Shown: positions 13,278-25,290 of the stretch, piece by piece
Numbering within the stretch: position 1 is the first letter of the stretch
Layout of the letters: each line of letters begins with the position of its first letter
DNA from: Eledone cirrhosa
Lineage: Eukaryota
Assembly: GCA_964016885.1 (NCBI GenBank)
Contig: OZ024740.1
Span: forward strand, 205,282,001-205,346,000
Length of the DNA: 64,000 nt
Direction: 5' to 3'
Notes under the pieces: model-generated
Seen by the model: the letters and a program-made list of their open reading frames with translations, nothing else
Database searches by the model: none
Told to the model about the DNA's origin: nothing
Program-made: the position numbers and the translations under genes

Positions 13278-13495
13278 GGTGCTGGATTGGCAGAATCATT
13301 AATGTTGAATAAAATGTTTTGCAGTATTTAATTACCACCTTTTATGTTCTGAGTTTAAATCTCTTTGAGGTCAATTTTGTCTTTCATCCTTCTGGGGTTG
13401 ATAAAATAAAGTACCAGTTAAATACTAGGGTTGATTTAATTAACTTTTTCCTCCTCCCAAATTTGTTGGCCTTGTTTCTAAATGAGAAATCAATA
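13278..13495 (+). mobile_element. tRNA-derived SINE
   Basis: ggattggcagaatc head, ctttcatccttctggggttgataaaataaagtaccag core, and a flanking atatttcctgagacaa duplication (TSD-like). Confidence 0.75.
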
Positions 13496-13608
13496 TTTCC
13501 TGAGACAAACTGATATCCACCAAGTGCAACAATTGGCTGCACATCACAAGGGTCAATGGAACACTTTGAAGTAAGCCAACATGTTTGCAACATTACCACA
13601 GGGTTTAA

Positions 13609-13816
13609 CCCTTTAGCATTTAAACCGGCCATATCTGGCCAGAATTCTTTCACCTCTTTCTGTTCAAACTGATCATAACCGGCCACTCATACCAAAGTTA
13701 AGGTATTGTTATCAAGATAAATAATATCAAAATCTTGTAGATTCTATAATATGTGAGATAAAGCCTTTACTGTGAAAATACAATAGTATATGTAGAGTAA
13801 TGTAAATGCTAAAGGG
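13609..13816. mobile_element. piggyBac-like MITE
   Basis: TTAA-ccctttagcattta ... taaatgctaaaggg-TTAA perfect TIRs. Confidence 0.85.
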
Positions 13817-14110
13817 TTAATGGTTTCTAATTTAGATACAAGACTAACAATTTGGGTGAGGTGGGGAGTTGATTAAATCAACCTCAGTGTTTGACTGAGA
13901 TTTTAATTTATCAGTCCTAGTGGGATGAGCTGGGTGGGAATTTGAACTCAGAAATTAAAGAGCCACAAAGTATTTCTTCCAAAACTCTATTGTCTCTGCC
14001 AATATTTCACCTGTGTTAATCTATTTAATAATATAGTTGAAAGATTTTATTTTTCATTCTTTTCACAGGGAAGTCTTCTAATTCAAAAATAGTAGTTATA
14101 TTTACCTCAA

Positions 14111-14492
14111 CCCTTTAGCATTTAAACTGGTCATATCTGGCCAGAATTTTCTCACCTCTTTCTGTTCAAAATGTCCGTAACCAGCCACTCATACTGATGT
14201 TAAGTTATTGTTCTCAAAATAAATAATATCAAAATCTGATAGATTCGATATTATGTGAGATAATTATTGTTTCTACTTTTGGCACAAGGCAAACAATTAC
14301 CCCAGTGAATTACTGGTGCTTTATTTTATCGACCCTGTAAGGATGAAAGGCAAAGTTGACTGTGGCGGAAATTGAACTCAGACCGTAAAGGGACGTAACT
14401 CTATGCTACAAAGCATGGCGTCCGACCCTGTGAGGTAAAGCCTTTACCATGAAATATAATAGTAAATATAGAGTAATGTAAATGTTAAAGTG
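14111..14492. mobile_element. piggyBac-like MITE interrupted by a SINE (about 14266-14428)
   Basis: Same TIR family as 13609-13816. Confidence 0.75.
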
Positions 14493-14614
14493 TTAAGTTT
14501 ACCTTAAAATCTTCAAATATCAAAGTGCTATATTTTGAAATCAGATCCCAAAGGTTTACAATATCTGGCTATAAATTCTAATTTCTGTAATATTTTCTTT
14601 CGGTTGTTACTTAC

Positions 14615-14718
14615 CCTAAATAGACCCACGTAAAATGGATCAACATGGTTCCTGCAAAGGAGCATCCTATGCAAGCAACTGTAGCTTTTTCCATCATCGG
14701 TTGATGATATTCAGGTAC
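14615..14718 (-). CDS. Adhesion/class-B GPCR exon (TM1)
   Basis: tttcactttcaacag acceptor, gtaagt donor, 104 bp, phase 0 to 2. VPEYHQPMMEKATVACIGCSFAGTMLIHFTWVYL contains IGCS. Confidence 0.88.
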
Positions 14719-15216
14719 CTGTTGAAAGTGAAACATTAAGGGTTTACTCAGAGAAACAAGGGCTACATGAAACATTTAGGGTTTACTGAGAGGAACAAGA
14801 GGTGTATGTAACATTTAGGGTTTACTGAGAGGAACAAGAGGTGTATGTAACATTTAGGGTTTACTGAGAGGAACAAGAAGTGTATGTAATATTTAGGGTT
14901 TACTGAGAGGAACAAGAAGTGTATGTAATATTTAGGGTTTACTGAGAGGAACAAGAAGTGTATGTAACATTTAGGGTTTACTCAAAGGAACAAGAAGTGT
15001 ATGTAATATTTAGGGTTTACTCAAAGGAACAAGAAGTGTATGTAATATTTAGGGTTTACTCAAAGGAACAAGAAGTGTATGTAACATTTAGGGTTTACTC
15101 AGAGGAACAAGTGGTGTATGTAACATTTAGGGTTTACTCAGGGGAGCAAGAGGTGTATGTAACATGTAGGGTTTACTGAGAGGAACAAGAGGTGTATGTA
15201 ACATTTAGGATTTACT

Positions 15217-16321
15217 AGGAGTACATCAGGGTTCGGTTCTCAGCCCGCTCTTGTTCATTATAGTCCTCCAAGCCATAACAGAGGAGTTTAAGACTGGCTG
15301 TCCATGGGAACTTCTCTATGCTGACGATCTGGCTCTTATGGCAGAATCAGTAGAGGAGCTAGAGAATAAATTCCGGCTATGGAAACAGCAGTTGGAAGCA
15401 AGAGGACTGAGAGTAAATCTAGCTAAGACAAAAGTGTTGATGAGTAGAAAAGAGGACAAAACCCTGATTCCGTCAGGGAAATGGCCATGTTCGATATGCA
15501 GAAAAGGAACTGGCATAAATTCTATAAAATGCACACAATGTAGGTCCTGGGTACACAAGAGATGTAGCGGGATAGCAGGCAAACTAACAGGTAGGGAGAA
15601 ATATGTATGCAGTAGATGTACAGGGAAGTTAGACAGTAGAAGTCGCACTGATAGACACATTTTTCAAATGCGAGAGGGCGCTATAGAAGTGGTGGATAGC
15701 TTCCGGTACCTAGGAGATCAGATTAGCATGGGAGGAGGGTGTTCCGAGGCCATAGTATCTAGAATAAGGACGGGTTGGAAGAAGTTTAGGGAGCTGCTTC
15801 CTCTGTTGACGAAGAAGGGTTTCTCCCTGCGTACGAAAGGCCGGTTGTATGATGCCTGTGTGAGGAGCGCGATGCTGCATGGTAGTGAGACATGGGCAGC
15901 TACCGCAGAAGATATGCGACGGCTGGAGAGAAATGAGGCAAGCATGCTCCGTTGGATGTGCAGTGTAAATGTGCGTGAACGACCCAGCATAAATGTGTTG
16001 AGAGAGAAACTGTGTCTGAGAGGGATAGAATGTAGTGTACGGGAGAGGAGACTGAGGTGGTATGGACATGTGATGCGCATGGAGGATGACCGATGGGTGA
16101 AGAAGTGCCAGGAAATGCCAGTTGAAGGAAGACGTGGTAGAGGTAGACCACGAAAAACATGGGCGGAGGTGGTGAGAACAGACCTCAGATCATTGAAGCT
16201 CACGGTGGAGATGACGAGGGACCGTGACGAGTGGAGAGATGCTGTGCTGAATAAGACCCGTCCCACCCTTGCAAGCAGGGAAAAGCGGACGTAAAATGAT
16301 GATGATGATGATGATGATGAT
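15217..16321 (+). mobile_element. 5'-truncated young RTE-clade LINE with (GAT)n tail
   Basis: Uninterrupted ORF followed directly by (gat)n. Confidence 0.93.
15218..16294 (+). CDS. LINE reverse transcriptase C-terminal part with embedded PHD-like Cys/His finger
   Basis: GVHQGSVLSP, LLYADD, CSIC..C..C..WVHKRC..CSRC, FRYLG, RLRWYGHV, GRGRPRKTW. No start codon (truncated). Confidence 0.9.
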   Translation, partial: GVHQGSVLSPLLFIIVLQAITEEFKTGCPWELLYADDLALMAESVEELENKFRLWKQQLEARGLRVNLAKTKVLMSRKEDKTLIPSGKWPCSICRKGTGINSIKCTQCRSWVHKRCSGIAGKLTGREKYVCSRCTGKLDSRSRTDRHIFQMREGAIEVVDSFRYLGDQISMGGGCSEAIVSRIRTGWKKFRELLPLLTKKGFSLRTKGRLYDACVRSAMLHGSETWAATAEDMRRLERNEASMLRWMCSVNVRERPSINVLREKLCLRGIECSVRERRLRWYGHVMRMEDDRWVKKCQEMPVEGRRGRGRPRKTWAEVVRTDLRSLKLTVEMTRDRDEWRDAVLNKTRPTLASREKRT

Positions 16322-17742
16322 GAGAGGAACAAGAGGTGTATGTAATATTTAGGGTTTACTGAGAGGAACAAGAGGTGTATGTAATATTTAGGGTTTACTG
16401 AGAGGAACAAGAAGTGTATGTAACATTTAGGGTTTACTCAAAGGAACAAGAAGTGTATGTAACATTTAGGGTTTACTTAGAGGAACAAGTAGTGTATGTA
16501 ACATGTAGGGTTTACTCAGAGGAACAAGAGGTGTATGTAACATGTAGCGTTTACTCAGGGGAACAAGAGGTGTATGTAACATGTAGGGAGATCCATTACA
16601 GTCTGTACAACTACCAAAAACCTTTCTCTGTAGTGTACTGCAGTACTCAGTTGTTAAAACCCCCCACTGTTATAAGGGAAACCAAACAAGAAGAAATACC
16701 TGATCACTGCATTAAATTATGTTTAATCTCATAACTTACTGAGTTATTTGTCAGTAAAATGTGATGATCCAGGTTTTGGGTCATAGGTTTGCTCAATGAA
16801 AGCTGACCTAGGGCTAAATAATAATTAGGAGCTTACCCAAACTCTACAAGACTAATCTTTGTATCATTCCAATTTAGAATATGTACTGCTGTAACTAGTA
16901 CCTACAAGACTGGCCACATGACTAAATTATATTGAGTCTTGTTGATCTATTGGTCACCACTAAAAAGTTTGACTCGCTGATTTATTGATCTTCATACTTT
17001 TCTCAGTAATATTTCCATGGTGAGTCATTTTAGTTTAGCTCATAATGAAATTCTTTATTCCATATTTTTTGTGGAAAAACAAGTTATTTTTTTTATATAA
17101 AAGAGACACAGAAATTATCATCATCACCACCATTTTTCCATGCATTTTCAATGAATATCACTTTTAAAACTGATGGAAATTATTCATTTTTTAGTTAACC
17201 ATACCTCACGACAAATATCTGAAGTTTGGGGCAGTGAAGGAGAGGCTAAGGTCAGGGTATATATATGGCATGGGTTAGACGGGTCTTTTTCAGCCCAGCC
17301 TCCCACTACTTGTGTTGTGTCCCTTAAAGGCCACCATCGGTCATTAATAACCATGGATTTGCACCTAGAAAGTTTCCCTCCAAGGCACAAGCCTGGGCAA
17401 GATTTGTTTGTGGAAGACTACCAGTCACCCATGCATACCAGCCTCCCCTCTCCACGCCACCGATATTGTCCAAGGGAAAGGCAATGGCCGATACAGCTTG
17501 GCACCAGTGACGTTGCAACACATTTTTAATGGTAGCAATTCCATACATTTCTGTTAAAGACAATAGTATAGGAACAACTCAAGCAGTTATAGTCTGTACA
17601 ATGACATGTTTATTTAGTTTCTCATGATAAGTTCCAGTTCTCCTGTAGACTTGGAGAAAGAAATGCTGCTCTTCAACCACAATATGGAAACAAACAAGAA
17701 CAGAAAAAAAAAGAAGCATCTGAATGACATAAGCTTACTTAC

Positions 17743-17813
17743 CGTATAATTCCCCATCTGCGTGAGGAAAACGTACATAACCGACATCTTTGGTTGTTTT
17801 TGTCTGTCACACC
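17743..17813 (-). CDS. 7TM gene exon at the GPS/stalk position
   Basis: ttttattccag acceptor, gtaagt donor, 71 bp, phase 1 to 0. xCDRQKQPKMSVMYVFLTQMGNYT, in frame with the TM1 exon. Confidence 0.72.
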
Positions 17814-18139
17814 CTGGAATAAAATAAAGAAGTCTTGAAACATTTTGCTTTTACAATGTTAAAAACTATAAATAGATTTTGTTTTAAAACAATGTTGTCT
17901 CTGATCGAGACGAAGCGAGAATGTATTTGAATACATATAAAAATGAGAAAACTCATCGCTAGAACAACCATTAAAACAGCTAAATGCTGTCAAAGACAGC
18001 GATGGGCATTAATGCCTCAGAGGACAGAGATCAGTAGCTAGTGGTCAACAGAAAGACAATCCACAAGGTGGGGGACAGGCAGATGAAATATAGAAAAGAT
18101 TGAGAGGAGGAGGACACTGCTTTCTTTTTTTTTTACTAT

Positions 18140-18335
18140 GACAGATTTTATGGGCAAAACCAACTGGTAGGCGACCCAGGAGTAGACCTCGGGCAAGATG
18201 GTTGGATAACATCCATGAGCTTGGCTGGTCTCGCTTGGGGATCCAGCAGGATCAGTTGGAGACGGTTGCTTCTGATAAGACCCACGGGACGGAGTGTTTG
18301 AGGACTCTGTCCCCACGACCATCTCAGGAATAAAT
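18140..18335 (+). mobile_element. RTE (Rex3-like) LINE 3' fragment
   Basis: RRPRSRPRARWLDNIHEL motif, similar to 31381-31606. Confidence 0.75.
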
Positions 18336-19317
18336 GGGAGAAGAAGGTATTTAAGAGTGGGGATTTTGTCTGCATCTTGTGAGATTATGCAACATAGTTT
18401 CATCAACTGATTGGACTGAAACAATGTGAAATAAAATGGTTTACTCAAGGGCACAACGCGCCGCCAGGAGTCGAACTCATGACCTTATGATTGTGAGCCT
18501 GACACCCTAACCACTAAAACCCCCGCCTTCATAACACATGCAAACAACAAAAAAAAACAACACAGCAATGACAAATAATTCCCCCTCAGAGTCATGGGAA
18601 CACATATACAGTCTATTCCACCTACCCATTATCACTCACAAGGATTGGGTCAACCTGTGGCTATGGCAAATAACACATGCTCAATATGCCATGCAATGGG
18701 ATTGAACCTGGGACCTAATGATTGTGAAGAGAACTTCTTAACCATTCGACCAAGCTCTATCCACACTAACAGCTATAAGAAGAGCGCAAACACTGTATAC
18801 TGAATAATTGCTCCCTAAGCTCCCAGGGTTGGTTTCAGATCCTTGCATGGACTAGATATATGATAGGTGATAGAAGATTTCTCATTCATTGACTTAACTC
18901 CATAAAAACGGAAGCTAAGATTAAGACAGAATTTCTTTTTTCATAACTATATAATTAAATTCACAATTGTATAAATAACATTATAAATTATTCACAATTC
19001 TTTCAGAATGAAAATATAAACAAATATAATTTTAAAAAATGAACTATTGCTAAGGACCTTACAAATACAACACACCAAAATATACGATCAAAACGAGAGA
19101 AATAATAAAAAAACTCGAAACAACTAACAAAAACAAAAACAACCATCGATTCCAGGGCCGGAATTAATGAAGGGCAAAGGGGGCAATTGCCCCGGGTCCC
19201 TGCAGTGGAGGGCCTAACCAGCGACGGCCGTAGCAATTTATTTGTGCCCTTAGCTGGCTTTTTTAGTTTTAGGATGGTTAGAATTTTTGAATTTAATACC
19301 TGTATGTATACATTTTC

Positions 19318-19483
19318 AATTCCGGTGTTCGAGACGTTCGGTGCAGTTGGGCCGCTGACAGCGAAGTTCTTATCTTCACTGGCGGCTCGCCTTACTGAGG
19401 TGCCAGGTGATGCCCGTGAGGGTGCTTGGTTATTTCAGCGCCTTAGCTTCGCCATCACCCATGGCAATGTTGCGAGCGTGTAA
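19318..19483 (+). mobile_element. CRE-like RLE non-LTR retrotransposon C-terminal fragment
   Basis: PVFETFGAVGP...REGAWLFQRLSFAITHGNVASV* matches the ET.G...QRLS.A.QRGNA end motif. Confidence 0.7.
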
Positions 19484-19595
19484 GTGTACAGTTAACCACC
19501 AAGGTGTGAGGTGTTGCAGATTGTCACACTTGGTGGTGAATTGCCCTCCCCTCCTTTCTTTCTTTCCTTTATCATTTTTGATCATGAATTTATAT

Positions 19596-20155
19596 TGTAG
19601 TGACCTACATTCCGCGGACTCACATACATTCTCTGTGCGTGATTTGGCTCAGCTCAGCCAATCAGCGCCAGGGGAAGAGGATATATCCCTACGCGCCCTG
19701 AGGAAGAAATTCCCCGCGAAGATTTGAAGAATCTCCCTCTTGTACCAGAAATTTCGAACCAGCAACACGCATAATGTAACGGTGAGATTTTGCACCCTAG
19801 CCTCGCCGGCTTAACGGCACATTCCCTTTTGTAACCTCTTTTTATCTGTAACTTCAACCATATAAGTTAACAGACATTGTTTGTGCTACATCAAAAATAA
19901 ACATACATTTCATCTCTAATTTCTGCTGTTGAAATCATTATTATGTTGCTCGTGTCTCAATAACATCTATAATCCATGCTGCTGGAATTGGCGACCTGAT
20001 GAAAGGAATGTTGTAAATACAAAGATGGTAAATAGATCGAGGGACCTTCCCTCACGTCTATGTCGACAAGATAATCCAACGAGGATACTATCACTTACCA
20101 CACTGTCAACTAACGACCTTCAATCATCTACCCTGTTAAAGTGGCGACCACGACT
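19596..20155 (+). mobile_element. LTR-like fragment with PBS-like motif
   Basis: Starts TGTAGTG, with CCAAT, TATA-like and AATAAA motifs, then TGGCGACC (19989) and TGGCGACCACGA (20142). No clean TSD. Confidence 0.45.
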
Positions 20156-22916
20156 AACCATACTGCTAAAATATTATTGTTATACACGGTTTAGACATAT
20201 TTGTCATTCTGAACGAATTGCGAGCAATTTTTGGTGTTATTTACGCATTTATGTTATTTATGTATATATTTAAAACATATTTGCAACGTAATTCTACTGT
20301 AAATTTATGCAACTGTAATAAAATTGTAACATTACTTGCGCCAAGCTAATTTTGATATGTGAAATTGAGGGATTTGCTACGTATTCTAATTGTATGAGGG
20401 TTGCTAAAAACCTGAAGTACCTGCCCCCGAGTGCAACAAGATTAAAAGAAAAAGTATAATTATGTAAGTCACAGAGAAAAACAGTCGACGCACCTGTGTT
20501 TATGTACGCGTGTGCGTGTATGCCTTTATGTGTAATCTCAGGTGTCGAATAATCGCCCCCCCCCCCTGCTTATTAAATTTTGCTAATCTATCTCCAGCGA
20601 AATTCTATTTTAAGTGGTAGCATGATATATTTCAAGTGGTAACATTATACATGGAAAAAAAAAGGCACTACAACGGCTGTCAGAAGTTAAAGTAGAAGAA
20701 TGTGACGTCATTCGTCAACCTTCTCAATCGTCAAACCTTCGTTTATTTCCGTATCACCACCATCACCATGTGTAAATAAATAAACTTTGAAATCACCACG
20801 TTGATGCATAGTCATAGTCATCAAATTAGAAAATAAAAGAAGTTCATGGGGCCGACACTACCGACTTTCTTAAAAAAAAACAATTTAACGCGGGTAACTA
20901 CAAGATAACCTTGTTTTGTAATACTGGCAGAAATTGAAGAACATTACAAGAAATCCCATACGTTACAAAATAAATAGGATGGGTTGGGGTTTCAATAGGT
21001 ACACTAAACGACTAATTCTGTTTTTTTTACAAATTCAACGGAGACAACCTAGAAAGATTTCAGATTTCCACCCCTCCCCACTTATTGCACCACATCCCCA
21101 TATTATTTATGACCTGAGAGTAGGGGATATTTATGTATTAAAACTTTCAAATAAAACTTTGTGGGAATATTCTCAAGTCAAGGCATAAATAAAACTCCTG
21201 TCGATATAGGAAATGTAGAAAAACAATGTTTCATTGTGAAATAACCACTCTAGATATTTGAGTACCTTATTTGCGTAGAATTTGAAGTTGGGGAAAATCG
21301 TCAAAATATCGTGGCTTATATTCGAATATATATGGTATATCCGAAAAAAACCCCAAAAACTGATGAATTTTTCTTTTACTTATTACTTGGCTGATAAAAA
21401 CTTATTATTAACCGGTCAAAAATAAAGTACCAGTAATACACTGAGTAATTGCTGGCCTTGTGCCAAAAGTAGAAACAATTATTAACCGGTCAAGTTCACA
21501 TTGATGACATTACAAACTGTTACGATGTCATTTCACGCTTTCTGTTTGTGTTTCAAAATATTGTCAAATCTTTGTGTTAATCTCATTTGGAAATCGTAAA
21601 GTCTCATTTTGAAAGCTTTAACCCCACTTTAGTAAGGGCTGATTTGAATTGATATGCTCTCACATAGAATTATAAATAGTGTAGTTTCAACGATGTCACT
21701 ATGTAAGCAGAGTATGAAGAACAAATAAAATTGAAAGAATAAAATACCAGTTTCATACAGAAAACAGCAGAAAATAGGGAAATATGCCAACAAATACATT
21801 AATAAAACATCAAATAAATATGCCAACGAATACATTAATAAAACATCAAATTTTTACACAATAAGTTTTTCAAACTGTTCTATATAGATCGCTAGTGGGG
21901 AATAAAAGCTGAGGGATTCACAAGGAGTAAATTTATTAGTTTGAATTTTACAAGCTTTTCGAAGTTGGCACAAGGTGGAATCTGGGTTTAGTCTTGGTTT
22001 AGTCATTTGTTTTAAGAAAGCCAATACAAGGAAAGAGTGGAAATGGGAGTAAAGTAAGACAAAACAAAACAACAATCTACACTTTTACTTTATATTTTAT
22101 ATTCGATGTTTGAAACATGGAATGGACCTTCGTCGGTTTCAATGATGAGTATTTCAGTCGTTTGATCAACGGAGCAGCCTGAAAGTGACTGAGCAATCAT
22201 CAGATATGTAATTTTCAGAGAGATTCAGCATGACATTGGGTGACAAGTCTGACTCTTTGAATTGCAGCGACATTCCACCCTACGGATTTCCAAACAATTG
22301 CGAAGTGAACTTCTTAACCATTCGGTCATTCTGCTGTAGCGAAATCTCTTCAAACGACACGATATTCATTTTCTCTTTATTCCAAGTTGACGCCAGTAGT
22401 TTGGAGAAACTGGCCAGCTTGGGGTTATTTAAGATAACACTTCAGTTCATTCTGCTCTCGTTTTTCGAAAGAGAAAGATAGCACTTGGAGTTGCTCTGGC
22501 CAGTAGAGAGATGTAGCGATCTCGACAGGGTTGGCACCTCGATAAAGGTTAGTTCAATGCATCTTGTTAGACTACTACTACATTCACACAAACCAACCAC
22601 ACAAACATAACACACAATTCACTTGGTTCTTTGTTGTTTTCCTGTGTTGTCAACAATAGCTTCAACATAAATTATTTCTCAATAAAATCATTATTGTAGC
22701 AATGTTTGTTATTGTTCATAGGTTATTGTAATGTCAGCTTTATTTTCAGCCTTCAACTGACTACGGCAATGAGTACAGCCACACATCTCGACTCACTGAG
22801 ACACACACACTCAATTCATTTTATTGTTGCCCGGCAACTGTTATAGTGCGGTATAGGAAACGTTCGATTTCTGTGAGGGTCCGAAATTCGTCGCTGAATG
22901 GTGTGAGGGGTTTGAA

Positions 22917-24000
22917 GTGCAACCCTTAAAGAGGATGAAACGTCCAGCCATAGAGAAAGTGGTAGGTCGAGGAATAAATCGCCTCAAAGTGAAATCGAAG
23001 ATCCATATGGCCCTAGTTCGCAATCTATTGTTTGTTGATGATTGTGATCTTGTGGCCCACTCAGAACAGAATATTCAGAAAACAACGAATCTTTCCTCGG
23101 GCGCCTCTTCTGCTTTTGAACTTACAATAAGCCCGAAGAAAACTAAGGTGATATTTGCACCTGCTTCAAATATATTTGTTCAAGGCATCAGGCTTGATGT
23201 GGTAGACTCGTTTGTGTACCTTGGCAGCTCTGTCTCGAGAGATGTATCCTTGGACTATGAGATCCACTTGGGAGTTGATAAGACCTCTATTGCATTTGGT
23301 GTACCCGAAAAAAGAATGTAGCCAGACAAGGAATTTCCCCCAAGCTCTGTATCTAAGATGCATTAGCCATCACATCCTGGTTTTATTCGTCTGAGATTTG
23401 GACACCATACCGACAGCACATCTAGATTCTCGAAAGATTTCATCACAGGTCTCTGAAGTGTATTTTGAACATCAGATGGCACAGAAGTATTAGAAACGGT
23501 GAGTCGTCTGAGTGTCGGGGTTCGCCTTATTAGGTATCATATGCGCTTGGTTGGTCACGTCATAAGCAGGAGCAGTCGAAGCATTTCTGAATTGGAGTGA
23601 GACGGGGAGGGGGATTTGAAACTTCGATTCGATATGCGATAAACACAACATGTACATACATTGTAGCACATATACAAATAGATGTGTGTTTTGGTAGTTT
23701 GGGGAGAAAAATATATTGATGGGGAGGGGGAGGTGGAATTCATCCCCAGTTCCACCACAGCCTCTGATAAGTATTGATGATTTCAGGCTTTTGAAGAAGT
23801 TATTGAATCATGAACTAATTTTCGGTAAGCAGCTGCAGCATAAACGAAAAAGGAAGATTCGTGATTCCATAAAAGCCAACCTTTAGTCTTTGAACATTAA
23901 CATTACAAGCTGAGAACATCCATTGAATTGCAGTCTATAACAGGAGAAAACTGCAATTAGAAATAGGATTGCTCACCAAATGATGAGGTGCAATGTCTGA
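22917..24000 (+). mobile_element. Degenerate RTE (BovB-like) LINE
   Basis: LLFVDDCDL and FVYLGS motifs, followed by interrupted C-terminal motifs. Confidence 0.7.
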
Positions 24001-24335
24001 AAGCTGCAAGCTGTTGATATCCCACGTGGTTAGCTGATCTTAACAGCCACGAGAAAAGAAAAAACATGTCAAGACCTTCAGTTATATGCAGTTTTATCAG
24101 TCATGATTGAGGACTGCTGTTCTACGTGTTTAATGGTGTATACATCTGCTACAGAGCTGAAACTCCATGCAGCCCCTGTTAACGATGTATCAGATCAAAA
24201 GCCATGTCACATCTGCATGTAAAATTCAAAACAAAGCTGGAGGATAGAAGGCATCTAACAGGACAGAAAGCCAACGTTTGTTACAGGACTCTGATAAGAA
24301 AGTGGTTTTGCACAGATTCAAGTAAAAGGCCACAG

Positions 24336-24367
<32 letters not shown>

Positions 24368-24421
24368 TGTATGTATGTATGTATGTATGTATGTATGTAT
24401 GTATGTATGTATGTATGTATG

Positions 24422-24586
24422 TTTTCTCTTTCTCTTAATTTTGAGTATATTTTTTTGACCGGCCACCTTCCTGGTGGCAAGGTTGTAAAAGAAAAGAAAT
24501 TGTCATCCCTTGAATCGCAAGAATGTTTTGCAAATTTTGAAGGTGCCAGCTATCGCAGCCATTTGTAGACTATGAATTAGGGAGCT
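24422..24586 (-). mobile_element. R4/Dong-like LINE 3' tip inside (TATG)n
   Basis: Near-identical to the reverse complement of about 37082-37244 (LQMAAIAGTFKICKTFLRFKG* plus 3' UTR). Confidence 0.85.
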
Positions 24587-24628
24587 TATGTATGTATGTA
24601 TGTATGTATGTATGTATGTATGTATGAT

Positions 24629-25239
24629 GTCAGGTCACCAGTTGGTGCTACTGGTAACATGTATCCCAGTACAACCTGTCCCATGGTCGGGGCGTTGGCG
24701 ACTAAACTGGCAACCCCACCAAGGTTTCTTGGTGAGGAGGGTGACTTTCGGCATCCTGCAGGACTAAAAACAAAACCTGTCAAAAGCCAAAGGAGCTCTT
24801 AAGAGTCAATGGCCATCCAAAATCACCGGGAGAGATGACCCCTTAGCCTTTGTCAAGGCAGAATTCTAGGAGAAGGAAAACTCTGATATAACACCTGCAA
24901 CCCTGATGGTATCCAATGATGTTGACTTGTTCTTCTTTTTGGTAAATATCATCTTGGTTAAGAGAGTGGGACTGGCTTTGTGCAGTGCCTTTGCTCACTA
25001 TAAAAGCTTCACAGCACAGGCATTGCTTTATATCTGGAGATCTCTCTGCACTTGTCGTCACATGGTACAATGGGCCCAGCACTATGTGTCAATAATTGTC
25101 ACAGGTGTAGTGTTTGTACCAGAGTTTTCAAGTCGCTGGCTGGACTAAAAAGTCACACTCGTTCAGCGCATCGGTAGGGGTTCTCCTACATGGATATAAA
25201 GTAGTGGCCGTACTCGAAAACGAGTTGGCAGCCACCATG
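24629..25239 (+). mobile_element. Bipartite non-autonomous RTE derivative, copy 1
   Basis: About 610 bp. Ends with HRCSVCTRVFKSLAGLKSHTRSAHR* and gcagccaccatg(tatg)n, like the RTE at 37249. (TATG)n on both sides. Confidence 0.8.
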
Positions 25240-25290
25240 TATGTATGTATGTATGTATGTATGTATGTATGTATGTATGTATGTATGTAT

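Larger units (their letters stand above)
14730..16588. repeat. 39-bp minisatellite (about 19 units) split by a LINE insertion
   Basis: Unit gtgtatgtaacatttagggtttactgagaggaacaagag at 14730-15216 and 16322-16588. Confidence 0.95.

Noticed and set aside
7609-16588. CRISPR-like appearance of the 32-, 45- and 39-bp repeats
   Set aside because: No unique spacers, no cas genes and a eukaryotic context.
14730-16588. Interstitial telomere (TTTAGGG/TTAGGG)
   Set aside because: Only one hexamer per 39-bp unit, never tandem.
21664-21698. 35-bp exon candidate (DIVETTLFIIL) as a GPS part, with similar candidates near 20797-20868 and 21922-21981
   Set aside because: Splice-like signals are present, but the candidates are mutually alternative, too short, or contain a stop. 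They cannot be distinguished from chance.
24629-24725. HDV-like ribozyme at the 5' end of the RTE derivative
   Set aside because: CTAA plus a possible P2 is present, but there is no convincing P3/L3/P1.
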